A stretch of DNA of 62,604 nucleotides from Candidatus Multiplicimicrobium inquinatum (GCA_002344825.1 DDUN01000034.1:15171-77774); one strand, 5' to 3'. Positions 9,001 to 15,766 are shown, counted from the first letter of the stretch. The notes: generated by a model not told the origin, from the sequence alone. Numbers and translations are program-made.

Positions 9001-11902
9001 TAAAAATTTGAAAGCTCTTCCAAAGCATGACAAATATATTAAGATTAACCCACTCTCTCCATTGGCCCGCTATAGAGTCTGATAGAGTTGTTACGAATAT
9101 TTCAGGATCCGTAAAATTTACCGCGCTTTCATTTTGAGGCTGAATCGCGGCATACATTATCTTCGCCGCCGTTTCTGCTTCTCGCTCAGTTAGGGTATCA
9201 ATATCCATACCCAAATTTTGATAAATTTGGAGCAAAACAAATTCTCCCACATAATGGAAAAATCCATAATCTGCATCACGCGCCATTTCAATCATTTGAT
9301 TCACAAACGACGCGCCTAAAACCAAGTTCTTTTTTCCCGCAAAAACAACAAGCTCTTCAATAAGCTTTTTTTGATTTTCAGAATTTATCCGCAAATCATT
9401 AAGCTCTTGTATAGATAGGCCCTTTTCTCTGATAAAGCTTAAAAGTAATTCGCCTATTGCCGCATTCGCTCTGAATTTTCCTGAATTAAATTTAGACTGT
9501 TTTACTTTTACTACATTTTCAAAAGCAAGCGCATAAGCCTCCATGACACCCAGGTTCATTGTTTGCTTTGGTATGTCAAACCCATAGTAAGTATGAAGAG
9601 CATGCCCAAATTCATGCGCAAGTGATTGTGAGATTAAAGAGTCGCGACTGTTTTCACGATCAATTGTCATCCTGGAGCCCCGCATATATGAGCCTCCTCC
9701 ATCCATGAAACGCATATCTATTTCTTCCAAAATAGCGCGGTGCTCTTTATCAGGTATTAAAACTAAGCTCATAAGATATCGAAAAAGATCATGCGCCTGC
9801 CGTACAGCGACTTGATAACCGGGCTCATTTTTTTGGTTTTTTATTGCGTTATTAAAAGCCGCTATTGAGCCCTCCTGTGCTTCAGAACGAAATTTAATTT
9901 CAAATTTGCGGCCGTTATATAAAATTTCAAATTTTTGTCCGTTAAACAGCCCTTTGTTCAATTGCGCCGCAATTCGATTTCCGTCAAAATTCTTTCCCTT
10001 CAAAGCATCACGGATTGCATACTCAATTTGTTCGACAGAAAAACCGGCTTGATCTGGATTCAGCCCTGCTTGATTCAAGAGCGACCAAATTTCTACAGTT
10101 TGATTATCAACCGCCTGACGCTGCCCGCTAAAATTCGATTTTCCAAGCATGACATCTCGATAAAGGTTTGATTTCTCAACTTGCGTGAGCCGCGGAGTAA
10201 TCGTCCCGTAACTGATTTCTTTTTCGCGGAAGATCTCACGGAGACCTTCGGTGTGAAATCCGCCGGTCATTAAAATCGCTCGGTCGGTGGTCTCGAGCTC
10301 TTTCGCCATTTTTTCATAAAAAACTTCATCACGCCTAATCGCAAGATCGTAGAAAGAAAAGGCATTCTCAAAAGCGGTTAAAATTTGTTGCTGATAATCG
10401 CTATGACCGGAGCCCGAAACCCCAAGAGTGCGCAGCTCTTTAGTCCCCTCCGGTGTCTGGCCTTGGACCTCTTGGCTAAGCGATTTCACCCTTTGAAAAA
10501 GATCGGCGGGAGCCAATGCCTCTTTTCGTGAAATCACTTTTTGCCATTCCTCACGCGAAAGCTCAAGGTTGAGAAGTTTACGCACAAGTTCCGCATCTTG
10601 AAAAAGATTGATTAAATCTTTTTCGCGACCAGAGGCAGGAGCCCTGAGCCCCGAAGATCCTTCCTCTGCACTCCGGTCTCCGGCATCCGGGCTTGTTTCA
10701 AGCAATCTATCAAAAAGCTTTCTTATCTCCCCAAATAACGCGGTCGGTTCAATCTCATATTTCAAAATCAAATAGCCTGTGTAGAGTGCGAAGTTCGGAT
10801 AATTCGAAAACTTCAGCCCCTTCGGTCCCGCTTCTTCCACCAACTTCTCAACAAAAAATCGCGGCAAACTTTCCATCTTTCCCGAGCTCGCGCGGATGCG
10901 GTTCATGTTGATGCTCTTTTCATCAAACCTTTCCAAACCTTCGATCAGCTCTGATGAAACGCCATTCGCCTTGAGCCAGTCCAACATTTGTTTCTTTTCA
11001 ACTTCGGCAGCTTCATGAGCCCGGAGCCCAGAACCCCGAACCCCGAGAGTGCTCAGCTCTTTAGTCCCCTCCGGTCTCTGGCCTCCTGTCTTCGACCTAG
11101 ATTGTTGGTTCAATTTTTTTTCCATGTTCTGCAGAACCAACAATCTCGTCAGTTGCGGCCATTCGATCTGAGAATACAATCCCCGCAAATCAAGCTCTGC
11201 GCTTTCCTTCGCAAGCCTGGCTAAGCCCTCCACAAATGGAATAAATTCACGATGCCCTTTCTCAAATTTTTTCCACTCCGCAATAACTTTACGGGTTTCA
11301 GGCGGCAGAGTTTTGCTCGCTAATTTGTCTAATTCACTTTCAAGTCCGCTGACAAACTTCGCCGTCTCGGCTTCCCGGCTGTATACCGCTTTCAACGCTT
11401 CGTAGTTCTGACGATAAAGATCCGCGTTTTCAATACCCACTCCCCTCGCTCCGCCTTTCTCATCGCTTAGCAAAAACCAATCCGCGCCTGTGATTTGTCC
11501 GCGTTTCGCAAGCTCATCCCAAAGCTTCTTGTTTGTCTCTGCGTCAGAAAACAATTTTAAATAATCGGGGTTTAATTCTTCGGAAGCGCCTTCTACAAAA
11601 ATCGTCTTAAACCCATAGTTTTGATTGAGATAACTCATTAAATCGCGGATCTTGCTTTGTGCTTCGTAATTGGTGTGCGCGTTTTGAATCTGTAGAATCA
11701 TTTTCGGGTTGGGCCGCGCGGGTGCTTCCCAAAACTCCTCCACACTTGCAAGTTCAGCGGGGATATCGATTTGAATCAGTTTGGGTATTTCCGTTTTGGC
11801 TGAAAATTCAATACCCATTCCGGCAACATCCGCGAAGCAGGTGTTCACCGTAAACAAACTCAAAACCAAAACTGAAATTAGCTTTTTAAACCAAACGTTC
11901 AT
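1..11902 (-). CDS. Giant multidomain secreted/membrane protein A. The 5' end is complete and the 3' end runs off the window (at least 3,967 aa).
   Basis: Not in the ORF track. ATG at 11902..11900, with an in-frame stop upstream at 11924..11926. I read every plus-strand triplet starting at positions equal to 2 mod 3, from 11900 down to 2, and found no TTA, CTA or TCA. The N-terminus MNVWFKKLISVLVLSLFTVNTCFA looks like a signal peptide. Motifs seen, in N-to-C order: IQNAH (His codon 11675..11677) and GGFHT (His 10253..10255), both shared with giant B; HEFGH zinc-peptidase motif at 9602..9616; CPBP intramembrane protease motifs EExxxR at 7394..7399, FxxxH (His 7295..7297) and HxxxN (7154..7168); class I SAM methyltransferase motifs VLEMGIGSG at 6050..6076 and NPPW at 5855..5866; several TM blocks around 3200-5350; an internal Tat-like TRREAIRR plus hydrophobic stretch at 3035..3103; a NAGPA-like phosphodiester glycosidase pattern (RRVAIGYD...GMSTDSF..ELHAWL...AMFVDGGTTG) at about 2380..3020; an FHA signature (LIGRGSSNDLIVQDASVSRSHLVL) at about 1466..1708; and a kinase-like fold (EEFIDG hinge, SDIRYQN, IDLGGA) at about 620..1400. 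Confidence 0.85.
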   Translation of the reverse strand, partial: MNVWFKKLISVLVLSLFTVNTCFADVAGMGIEFSAKTEIPKLIQIDIPAELASVEEFWEAPARPNPKMILQIQNAHTNYEAQSKIRDLMSYLNQNYGFKTIFVEGASEELNPDYLKLFSDAETNKKLWDELAKRGQITGADWFLLSDEKGGARGVGIENADLYRQNYEALKAVYSREAETAKFVSGLESELDKLASKTLPPETRKVIAEWKKFEKGHREFIPFVEGLARLAKESAELDLRGLYSQIEWPQLTRLLVLQNMEKKLNQQSRSKTGGQRPEGTKELSTLGVRGSGLRAHEAAEVEKKQMLDWLKANGVSSELIEGLERFDEKSINMNRIRASSGKMESLPRFFVEKLVEEAGPKGLKFSNYPNFALYTGYLILKYEIEPTALFGEIRKLFDRLLETSPDAGDRSAEEGSSGLRAPASGREKDLINLFQDAELVRKLLNLELSREEWQKVISRKEALAPADLFQRVKSLSQEVQGQTPEGTKELRTLGVSGSGHSDYQQQILTAFENAFSFYDLAIRRDEVFYEKMAKELETTDRAILMTGGFHTEGLREIFREKEISYGTITPRLTQVEKSNLYRDVMLGKSNFSGQRQAVDNQTVEIWSLLNQAGLNPDQAGFSVEQIEYAIRDALKGKNFDGNRIAAQLNKGLFNGQKFEILYNGRKFEIKFRSEAQEGSIAAFNNAIKNQKNEPGYQVAVRQAHDLFRYLMSLVLIPDKEHRAILEEIDMRFMDGGGSYMRGSRMTIDRENSRDSLISQSLAHEFGHALHTYYGFDIPKQTMNLGVMEAYALAFENVVKVKQSKFNSGKFRANAAIGELLLSFIREKGLSIQELNDLRINSENQKKLIEELVVFAGKKNLVLGASFVNQMIEMARDADYGFFHYVGEFVLLQIYQNLGMDIDTLTEREAETAAKIMYAAIQPQNESAVNFTDPEIFVTTLSDSIAGQWREWVNLNIFVMLWKSFQIFIKNIFIGKQAGFTEFKTPQNMTWVKLPRKHLQYQASGTTANVSIAAAAAEQVAAEQTQFLESVARLIVRVNSSEINEGAVGVTIFENRVLKQFVSELREMVVFQKTLRSKLIQYAISKGEIYPISVNMLLKSRSEFRAPAWVQEYEIAHSSGNESIKIWLDQELEESLLKLQSGTSITIFGSAAIYFLLAARGALKESPLKDIASDLDLVVRQNPGEHDVADALSAFAARITPVEWLDELTQQNYTINQLFLNVQVKENGGQKYLQIKLDDDVGSSSDFKIISNALDDLSNLRLIWGGTGSVSLNRALRGLRAIFRYGLTPQEQTVALMKAGLDAADPVGDQEAVQVRAIFKLLATPENRKILADLDFFRGKLKERLFFELSVASQNQTWSEFKENWSIPDGEDNELIREAREIFSGIEELKALAASFRSEARTELTSSAGTQSSESVEEVLGGRSEMPAEGAVSWSNIGSILKNRINTEFQFVREQIRVFAPALVIVFMLIVVIPVSLSLLGALGLSAATASILSSIILAPIIEEIMFRKLIFKKMMDSGMGFLASASASAFLFAVIHGVLFGAGGIAVTAYIFLQLFSAGVTYAYLYHRTGNLLAPMAMHSLTNSFILLGIGLGDPLISKIPIIIEFIATISIFTAFSIKLKNTAWFTGLIGSEADRVRSEARPGEVISEDGILNLENLLAAVDQAVQAVLPGAVIFIDGSAASLEADGKIDTRLINDLDMVLAVPESIVPINPVEMVEDELVRLWPQYFFNVELPRSGFRRVIKGQRQPLVMRRLALRLSEGQDQPFLRIDIPLITASSSKLAQQETAELDIGSAKRILRQDWNLLPAERFVKNYLYLENLVGEKLQTAELKAASSAKLKDYGSATEEYWAEMKGLIPQGRIAELSKAFDKPRNDQIKAIIAARGFAEKFSKFDVRSEMRPQQAGQVVPVLINKGDQITGLVRGVIAQIVQSAGKQGNDNIRVLEMGIGSGVLTKELQSAVRNPQQIQFIGFDINPSAVQAAKEALGDEFDARESDLFSAVRDGEKFDVIFWNPPWYSEASGGNLALAKNDPGFETLRRFLGEASQYLKPNGKVFLILPEVSMGEIWEDTEKNYTIERADGYKTTNYAVGLYELTPARSEIRDEDFDPDSIFEEIQKMITAVNEQRYGDAEALTTAFGRKHLFEGELVSRITIGLARLEAEYSDSLKREIIGDMLRLNPQIERDSSEQAYVVPVLLGALGAVGGLGLILPAVFAFAPYLTALVVAAGVIGGLIYFTRNHIKSLKASSLNPNTQTTLQWVAQFLLQRLGIEEKQADVSAISPEQKLNETISLEASRSEARVIPFLKKAAIAAVIMIALAKFAPLVGVYLAGIALVVGAVQTLTEWWGAGTSNSEKKVGVKEGIRLEVLIPGTPEQILQEKIKPWIYIVLALGYFLVMTVVHAISVGDFLAQGQQKDKTAAMALQVEANLGSRNFSENAKLVSGSIMSVIDQIYPSASEQEKKDLHDLALFQTGMESGLFQYADQKNWKEAGHPSIDIAKGIFQHEVTRSRTLGDHVMTWLGYPSKEGDVRRIDQEFLAKKLELTSQGESQPSYKAIVELREAAIKRFPNDAGLQAEYIARALAYRVMQLDLMDDYELDAFFFFVKEKRVKSRMAKNGDTLRDMAQNLEDGVFNDKYFRTKPSPASKKQEIADAIKDHTFGYGGRQGWNVVLATAVSEPQANTSSRVASVDEILALPKWDSERGFLEESLLFPTLDQPAVARQDLPAVARTPSAVESELVATVPLEVFSSELAQVENQVPSANLSWYQREIALPFAQWAARIAPDGGLPVQVFFAGAVLYLIGALFRAAIFNFKKTPSSYSNMTTAVGRSSMSLALSGSVYAYSVVGVELANKWIGTNILIGRLTTAELVMVIEAPILIFFAMLIFGKIKYGKEFALGRVFAKGFLPREAFAPKPRSEKEVVSARSEARGVAQPLTRREAIRRSLLFAAGIGTGGLVANYGLKQVNIGINSPDLASTTSSGDLFFDLRSWNIEVMRFEDAQNDSDAQIISPANFFLEDKQPTGFLRLQEEEPIVDFNHNLSEKAMAKAMFFIDGTGRPHIFDYQKYAENPELYGVQLYPIGFQAGPWIKIGEDLNLGIEVWHKGLQGGRRVAIGYDRLGRFFFKEFYGPDFMGKMGMSTDSFMTELHAWLSRNSIESAMFVDGGTTGFGVGQKTPPYVIVARSKGRSEMRVADQSPEEIADWVVDLSQGTKNKTEEWSAAGFPGPFSNYPLFMREFPVERFHAVLSVLRARKEYDAGKWFAKSMLDSLLGYGMQNTEFLADLPQYYDYFNLNDANPESEFNKNLDFFERRTAAVQYGVSTALKEQVLKLAFEAFGVRRDPNEEYEMEPKFDAEGHSFRNQFVRDLNLAFMIALKSAGEKGILWDPALLPFLFQLSNSNSVMRIRNGGYAGELDVIVQVSGQQSKFTAARNKNEVLIGRGSSNDLIVQDASVSRSHLVLRRDKDNPVKFRLNFTGKNRPLLWPDAERSSLDQRRSEMRYEVDTLSFLDGGVPGATTRSVMNVLRSPRFQDIENVKEFFRRLGYEELDLNLNGTARIFNGYDGTSKYGFRIDFGRVSGRSLSLMFKVERVAGTIPSEETADLKKISHQYVPMILSEGQTQDGLHWMIEEFIDGIQFSEVLEESELTLDEYRGYLRTVLGVGKDLDFKPPSDIRYQNFIWQKDRKKMILIDLGGARFDLEDSAKHRVYFLYTLWATANDNGVINTHQIAADLFHDLWSDKAVEFSAQVRADLSSYVSPTNMVSDSAFTDTNFKSWFDGFSKALRARSEMRVFLDSNGYLQTEPVSYDFFNALAAANDVSEAAKIVKKEISNVAAELRQLIQQNGFIPNKIGNGERSVFNTQELREKEKIGLNDADLLALLQSDKEEMLALAESYGQEQGHSFTVDKINEKIVDRMVDILAEAIWTYVKRHEAWVEWGRRLQALDSFLDKQEEAELSAAVAVFDVGQFLSSSG

Positions 11903-12167
11903 TATCTTTTTTGTGCCAACACACTATATATGCGGTTAACTAAGTTTCTCTTTCTTAAAAAAATATAACCAATGGAATTATTAAAATAAATTAAAAATGC
12001 TAAAATGATAGTTTTTGATAGTTAATGCTATATATAAATCACGCTTTTGACCAAATCCAATCCCTCCCTTGAGCTTACCTACTCTTGACCCCCAATTTAC
12101 ATGTTTTGCCAAGACAGAGGCCGATACATGAGGCGAGAATGCCGCACTTAAAAAAAGGAGGATTCCT

Positions 12168-12281
12168 ATGGGTTTAAATTGGCTGCTCGGGTTAGCCGCG
12201 TGGTTTGTCGATATGGAAATGAAGAGAACGGAAAATGGTTCAAGTCTGATGGATCAAATCTTTGAACTGACTGAAATCTAA
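12168..12281 (+). CDS. Small hypothetical protein (37 aa)
   Basis: AAGGAGG Shine-Dalgarno about 7 nt upstream of the ATG. Product MGLNWLLGLAAWFVDMEMKRTENGSSLMDQIFELTEI. Too short for the track's 60-aa cutoff. I recognised no homology. Confidence 0.3.
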   Translation: MGLNWLLGLAAWFVDMEMKRTENGSSLMDQIFELTEI

Positions 12282-12296
12282 AACAAAGAGGTCTTT

Positions 12297-12428
12297 ATGA
12301 TCGACTTCAAGTGGCTGAATGATTTGATTTTGCTCGGCGGGGCAACCCAGCTTTCTCTGCCGGCCAAAACATTATGCTGTATGGATCCTGAAACGGAAGA
12401 AGACGGCGAAGAGGAAACGATTATTTAA
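12297..12428 (+). CDS. Small hypothetical acidic-tailed protein (43 aa)
   Basis: AAAGAGG precedes the ATG at 12297. Product MIDFKWLNDLILLGGATQLSLPAKTLCCMDPETEEDGEEETII. It lies in tandem with the previous small ORF, and its stop abuts the stop of the convergent gene at 12429. Confidence 0.3.
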   Translation: MIDFKWLNDLILLGGATQLSLPAKTLCCMDPETEEDGEEETII

Positions 12429-13271
12429 TTAACGTTTCTTGAAATGGCGGACCGGCTTTTTCTTGGGAGGCGGCGTCCATTTTCGGCGTAACGTATTTTT
12501 AGGCTCTTGTGTATAAGGAATGAAAGTTCGCAGTTTATTTACGCATGCCTGAAGCTCCTCTGACAACGGAGCTTCTATTTTAAGAGGCGCTCCCGTTACC
12601 GGATGCTCAAAGGCAAGACTGGAAGCATGCAAAAAAAGTCTTCGCAGTCCCATCAATTTCTGCAAAGTTCGATTCCACTTAAAATCACCGTACAAACGAT
12701 CCCCCGCCACGGGATGTCCGTGGCTCGCGCATTGAATACGGATTTGATGAAACTTTCCGGTCACAAGCTTCACTGCCAGCAAGGTCATGCGTGAGCTTTC
12801 ATAATACTCCTGAACGTTGTAGCTCATAATGGCATTCGGGGACTGGTTTTTTTTGATTCCTGCGCGGCGCATGCGATTCATACGGCGTGTCTCAACATGA
12901 TCAAGCCATTTTCCGGTCGGAGGCGAAACACGTCCGCCGCCCACAAGCACCTGGTAGATTTTCTGCAAAGCATGCTTTTCAAAAATCAAACGCAGTTTGG
13001 TCGCCACAGCCGCGGATTTCGCCGCGAGCAAAACACCGGAAGCTTCCTGATCAAGGCGATGCAGCAGCCAAATCGTTCCTTTGGGCGTCTCAAAAGTACG
13101 CTGCTCGAAATCATAATGTCCGAGAAAAGCGGCACGGCCTTCTTGCCCTTCAAGCCGTTTCTTTTCATTAACCGGATTGGGGTGCGAAAGAATGCCGGAT
13201 GGCTTATTGATCAGCAAAAGATGCGCGTCTTCGAAGATAATCGGAAACTCGGTATAGACGGGTTGATTCAT
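12429..13271 (-). CDS. RluA-family 23S rRNA/tRNA pseudouridine synthase
   Basis: 280-aa ORF carrying the catalytic HRLDQEASGVLL motif and KFHQIRIQ, both typical of the RluA family. Confidence 0.9.
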   Translation of the reverse strand: MNQPVYTEFPIIFEDAHLLLINKPSGILSHPNPVNEKKRLEGQEGRAAFLGHYDFEQRTFETPKGTIWLLHRLDQEASGVLLAAKSAAVATKLRLIFEKHALQKIYQVLVGGGRVSPPTGKWLDHVETRRMNRMRRAGIKKNQSPNAIMSYNVQEYYESSRMTLLAVKLVTGKFHQIRIQCASHGHPVAGDRLYGDFKWNRTLQKLMGLRRLFLHASSLAFEHPVTGAPLKIEAPLSEELQACVNKLRTFIPYTQEPKNTLRRKWTPPPKKKPVRHFKKR

Positions 13272-13418
13272 GGAAGCATTGTACTCTAAGCCAACAGTCG
13301 TTCAAAACGGTTTGGATGCAATGAACAAACGAGTGGCTGAGGAGGCGTAGTGAAACCTACGCCGCACGAATGCCACGAAGTTTGTGAAGCCGCAGACAAG
13401 CCGTTTTCAACGACCTGT

Positions 13419-15245
13419 TTACTTCTTCTCGTTACGCTTGCGTTCGTTTTCGTCCAAGTAACGTTTACGCAGACGAATGTTTTTCGGCGTAATTTCCACC
13501 AACTCATCGTCGGCAATAAATTCGAGCGCGAAATCCAAAGTCATTTCGCGGGGCGGAACCAACTGAATCGCTTCATCGGCACCGGAAGAACGCATGTTGG
13601 TTAATTTCTTTTCGCGGTTGGCATTTACGACAAGGTCATTGCCTTTATTGTTTACGCCCACGATCATGCCGGTATACATATCCTCACCGACATGGATAAA
13701 AATTTCGCCGCGTTCCTGCAAGCCCCAAAGACCGTAAGCAACGGCTTTGGCGTTGTTCTGGGAAATCAGAACCGCAACCTGACGATTTTCGATTTCGCCG
13801 CGGAAAGGTTCATAGTCGTGAAAGATCTGGTTGAGTACCGCGGTACCGCGGGTCAACTGCAGCAATTCGCTGCGCAGACCGATCAAAGCGCGCGAAGGAA
13901 TCAAATATTCGAGACGCACGGTTCCGACCGCGCTGTTAATCATGGCTTTCAAGTCGGCTTTACGGCCGCCGAGACGCTCAATGACGGTGCCCTGAAATTC
14001 AGGATCAACTTCAATTACCAACTCTTCGATCGGCTCCATTTTTACGCCATCCACATCTTTAAAAATAACCTGCGGGCGCGAAACTTCAAGCTCATAACCT
14101 TCACGGCGCATCATTTCAATCAAGATGGCCAAATGCAATTCACCGCGTCCGGAAACTTTGAAGCGATCTTCATTCGGAACCGGCTCCACTTTGATACCGA
14201 CGTTCACTTTCGCTTCATGCTCAAGGCGTTCACGAATGTGGCGTGAAGTTAAAAACTTACCGCCGTCTTTACCGGCCAAGGGGCTGGTGTTGTGCGAGAA
14301 AAACATCGAGATCGTCGGCTCATCGATATGAATCGCGGGCAAAGCTTCAGGCTTATCCGGGGAAGTCAATGTATCCGCAACGCGCACATCTCCAGCGCCC
14401 GCGATATGAACGATATCACCCGCCAAAGCTTCCTGAACTTCAACCTTAGGGAGACCTTTGTGCTTCAAAATTTTTGTAACTTTGCCGCGCTCAACCGTGC
14501 CATCCGCGCGCTTCACAAGCATAATCGGATCGCCCACTTTAATTTTACCCGTGGCTACGCGGCCGATCGCAACGTGTCCGACATAAGGGTCATAAGCAAG
14601 CATCGTCACGAGCATTTGAAACGGGGCTTCAACATCCGCAACCGGCGGAAGAACACGGTGCATAATCGTTTCAAGCAAAGGCGTAATATCTTTCGACTCA
14701 TCTTCCAAATTCATTTTCGCCCAGCCTTCTTTGCCTGAAGCGTAAACGATCGGAAAATCAAGCTGTTCGGGAGTCGCGTTCAATTCGCAGAAAAGGTCAA
14801 ACGCCATATTTTCAACTTCTTTGGGACGCGCGTTCGGACGATCCACTTTATTCACCACAAGAATCGGTTTCAAGTGAAGCTCAAGTGATTTACGCAACAC
14901 AAATTTGGTTTGTGGCATCGGACCATCAAGTGCGTCGACGAGCAAAAGCACGCCGTCAACCATACGCAAAATACGTTCAACTTCGGAACCGAAGTCGGCG
15001 TGACCGGGAGTATCCACAATGTTAAAAGTAATTCCCTTGTACACCAAGGACGCGTTTTTAGAAAAAATGGTAATACCGCGCTCACGCTCGAGCGGGTTAA
15101 AGTCCATCACGGTATCTTCGCCTTCTTTGAAAGCATAAGCATTACCCGCTTTAAGCAAAGCATCCACCAGAGTCGTTTTACCGTGGTCAACGTGAGCCAC
15201 AATTGCGAAATTACGTACGTCTTGTCTTCTTTTTTGAATCGTCAT
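13419..15245 (-). CDS. typA: Translational GTPase TypA/BipA
   Basis: 608-aa ORF with G1 AHVDHGKTT, DTPGHADF and NKVDR motifs, and an EF-G-like C-terminal architecture. Confidence 0.97.
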   Translation of the reverse strand: MTIQKRRQDVRNFAIVAHVDHGKTTLVDALLKAGNAYAFKEGEDTVMDFNPLERERGITIFSKNASLVYKGITFNIVDTPGHADFGSEVERILRMVDGVLLLVDALDGPMPQTKFVLRKSLELHLKPILVVNKVDRPNARPKEVENMAFDLFCELNATPEQLDFPIVYASGKEGWAKMNLEDESKDITPLLETIMHRVLPPVADVEAPFQMLVTMLAYDPYVGHVAIGRVATGKIKVGDPIMLVKRADGTVERGKVTKILKHKGLPKVEVQEALAGDIVHIAGAGDVRVADTLTSPDKPEALPAIHIDEPTISMFFSHNTSPLAGKDGGKFLTSRHIRERLEHEAKVNVGIKVEPVPNEDRFKVSGRGELHLAILIEMMRREGYELEVSRPQVIFKDVDGVKMEPIEELVIEVDPEFQGTVIERLGGRKADLKAMINSAVGTVRLEYLIPSRALIGLRSELLQLTRGTAVLNQIFHDYEPFRGEIENRQVAVLISQNNAKAVAYGLWGLQERGEIFIHVGEDMYTGMIVGVNNKGNDLVVNANREKKLTNMRSSGADEAIQLVPPREMTLDFALEFIADDELVEITPKNIRLRKRYLDENERKRNEKK

Positions 15246-15572
15246 CTGTTCCTTTTAGCTCTGAGCCTTCCGGCTCAACCGCGAGCATAGAAGTCCTTTT
15301 ATTCTTCTGATTATAAAAATACTAATCCAATTCCGTCTGCTTGAAAGGGCGACTTGAAGAGGAGTTCGAAGCCGCGGATTATATCAGACAACCGCCCATA
15401 GGCAAACGACAATACACGCTTAATGATATTTTTTTAATAAAACAAAAATGTTAGTTTTTGCGTCTTGGAACCAACCTCACCACTGCTACGCTTTAATTAG
15501 GAAGCATTCGCTCTTTCGTTCGAGGGGGCGGAAACCCGTGCTTTGAGGGTTTCAAACTGAAAGGATGAGGCC

Positions 15573-15749
15573 ATGAAAACGAATCTCGATACGACACATC
15601 GTCTGATTCGGCTGGTCTTGGGGGTAGCTCTGGTAGTTGCCGAGTATCAATTGAAAGTCCATATCGGACTTTTCTATTTCGGCATTTTACTGGCATTAAC
15701 GGGGATTTTTGGTTTTTGCCCGCTTAAAGCGCTCTTTAAGAAGAGCTAA
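15573..15749 (+). CDS. DUF2892 (YgaP-like) small membrane protein, 58 aa
   Basis: Unlisted because it is shorter than 60 aa. AAAGGA lies upstream of the ATG. Product MKTNLDTTHRLIRLVLGVALVVAEYQLKVHIGLFYFGILLALTGIFGFCPLKALFKKS, with the characteristic G-F-C-P-L motif. Confidence 0.6.
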   Translation: MKTNLDTTHRLIRLVLGVALVVAEYQLKVHIGLFYFGILLALTGIFGFCPLKALFKKS

Positions 15750-15766
15750 GCATCAGACTCAAAATG

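Noticed and set aside
1-11902. I suspected an alternative genetic code or a long non-coding/pseudogenised tract, because the ORF track shows nothing longer than 92 aa across 11.9 kb.
   Set aside because: A continuous standard-code ORF exists on the minus strand, with no TAA, TAG or TGA in frame. It is simply open at the window edge. All neighbouring genes also translate normally with code 11.
13692-14738. Plus-strand ORFs of 148-184 aa antisense to typA. Similar antisense ORFs occur inside rluA, the helicase gene, the acetyl-CoA synthetase gene, feoB and the giant genes.
   Set aside because: They all overlap strongly supported genes on the opposite strand and have biased, low-complexity translations. 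These are typical shadow ORFs.
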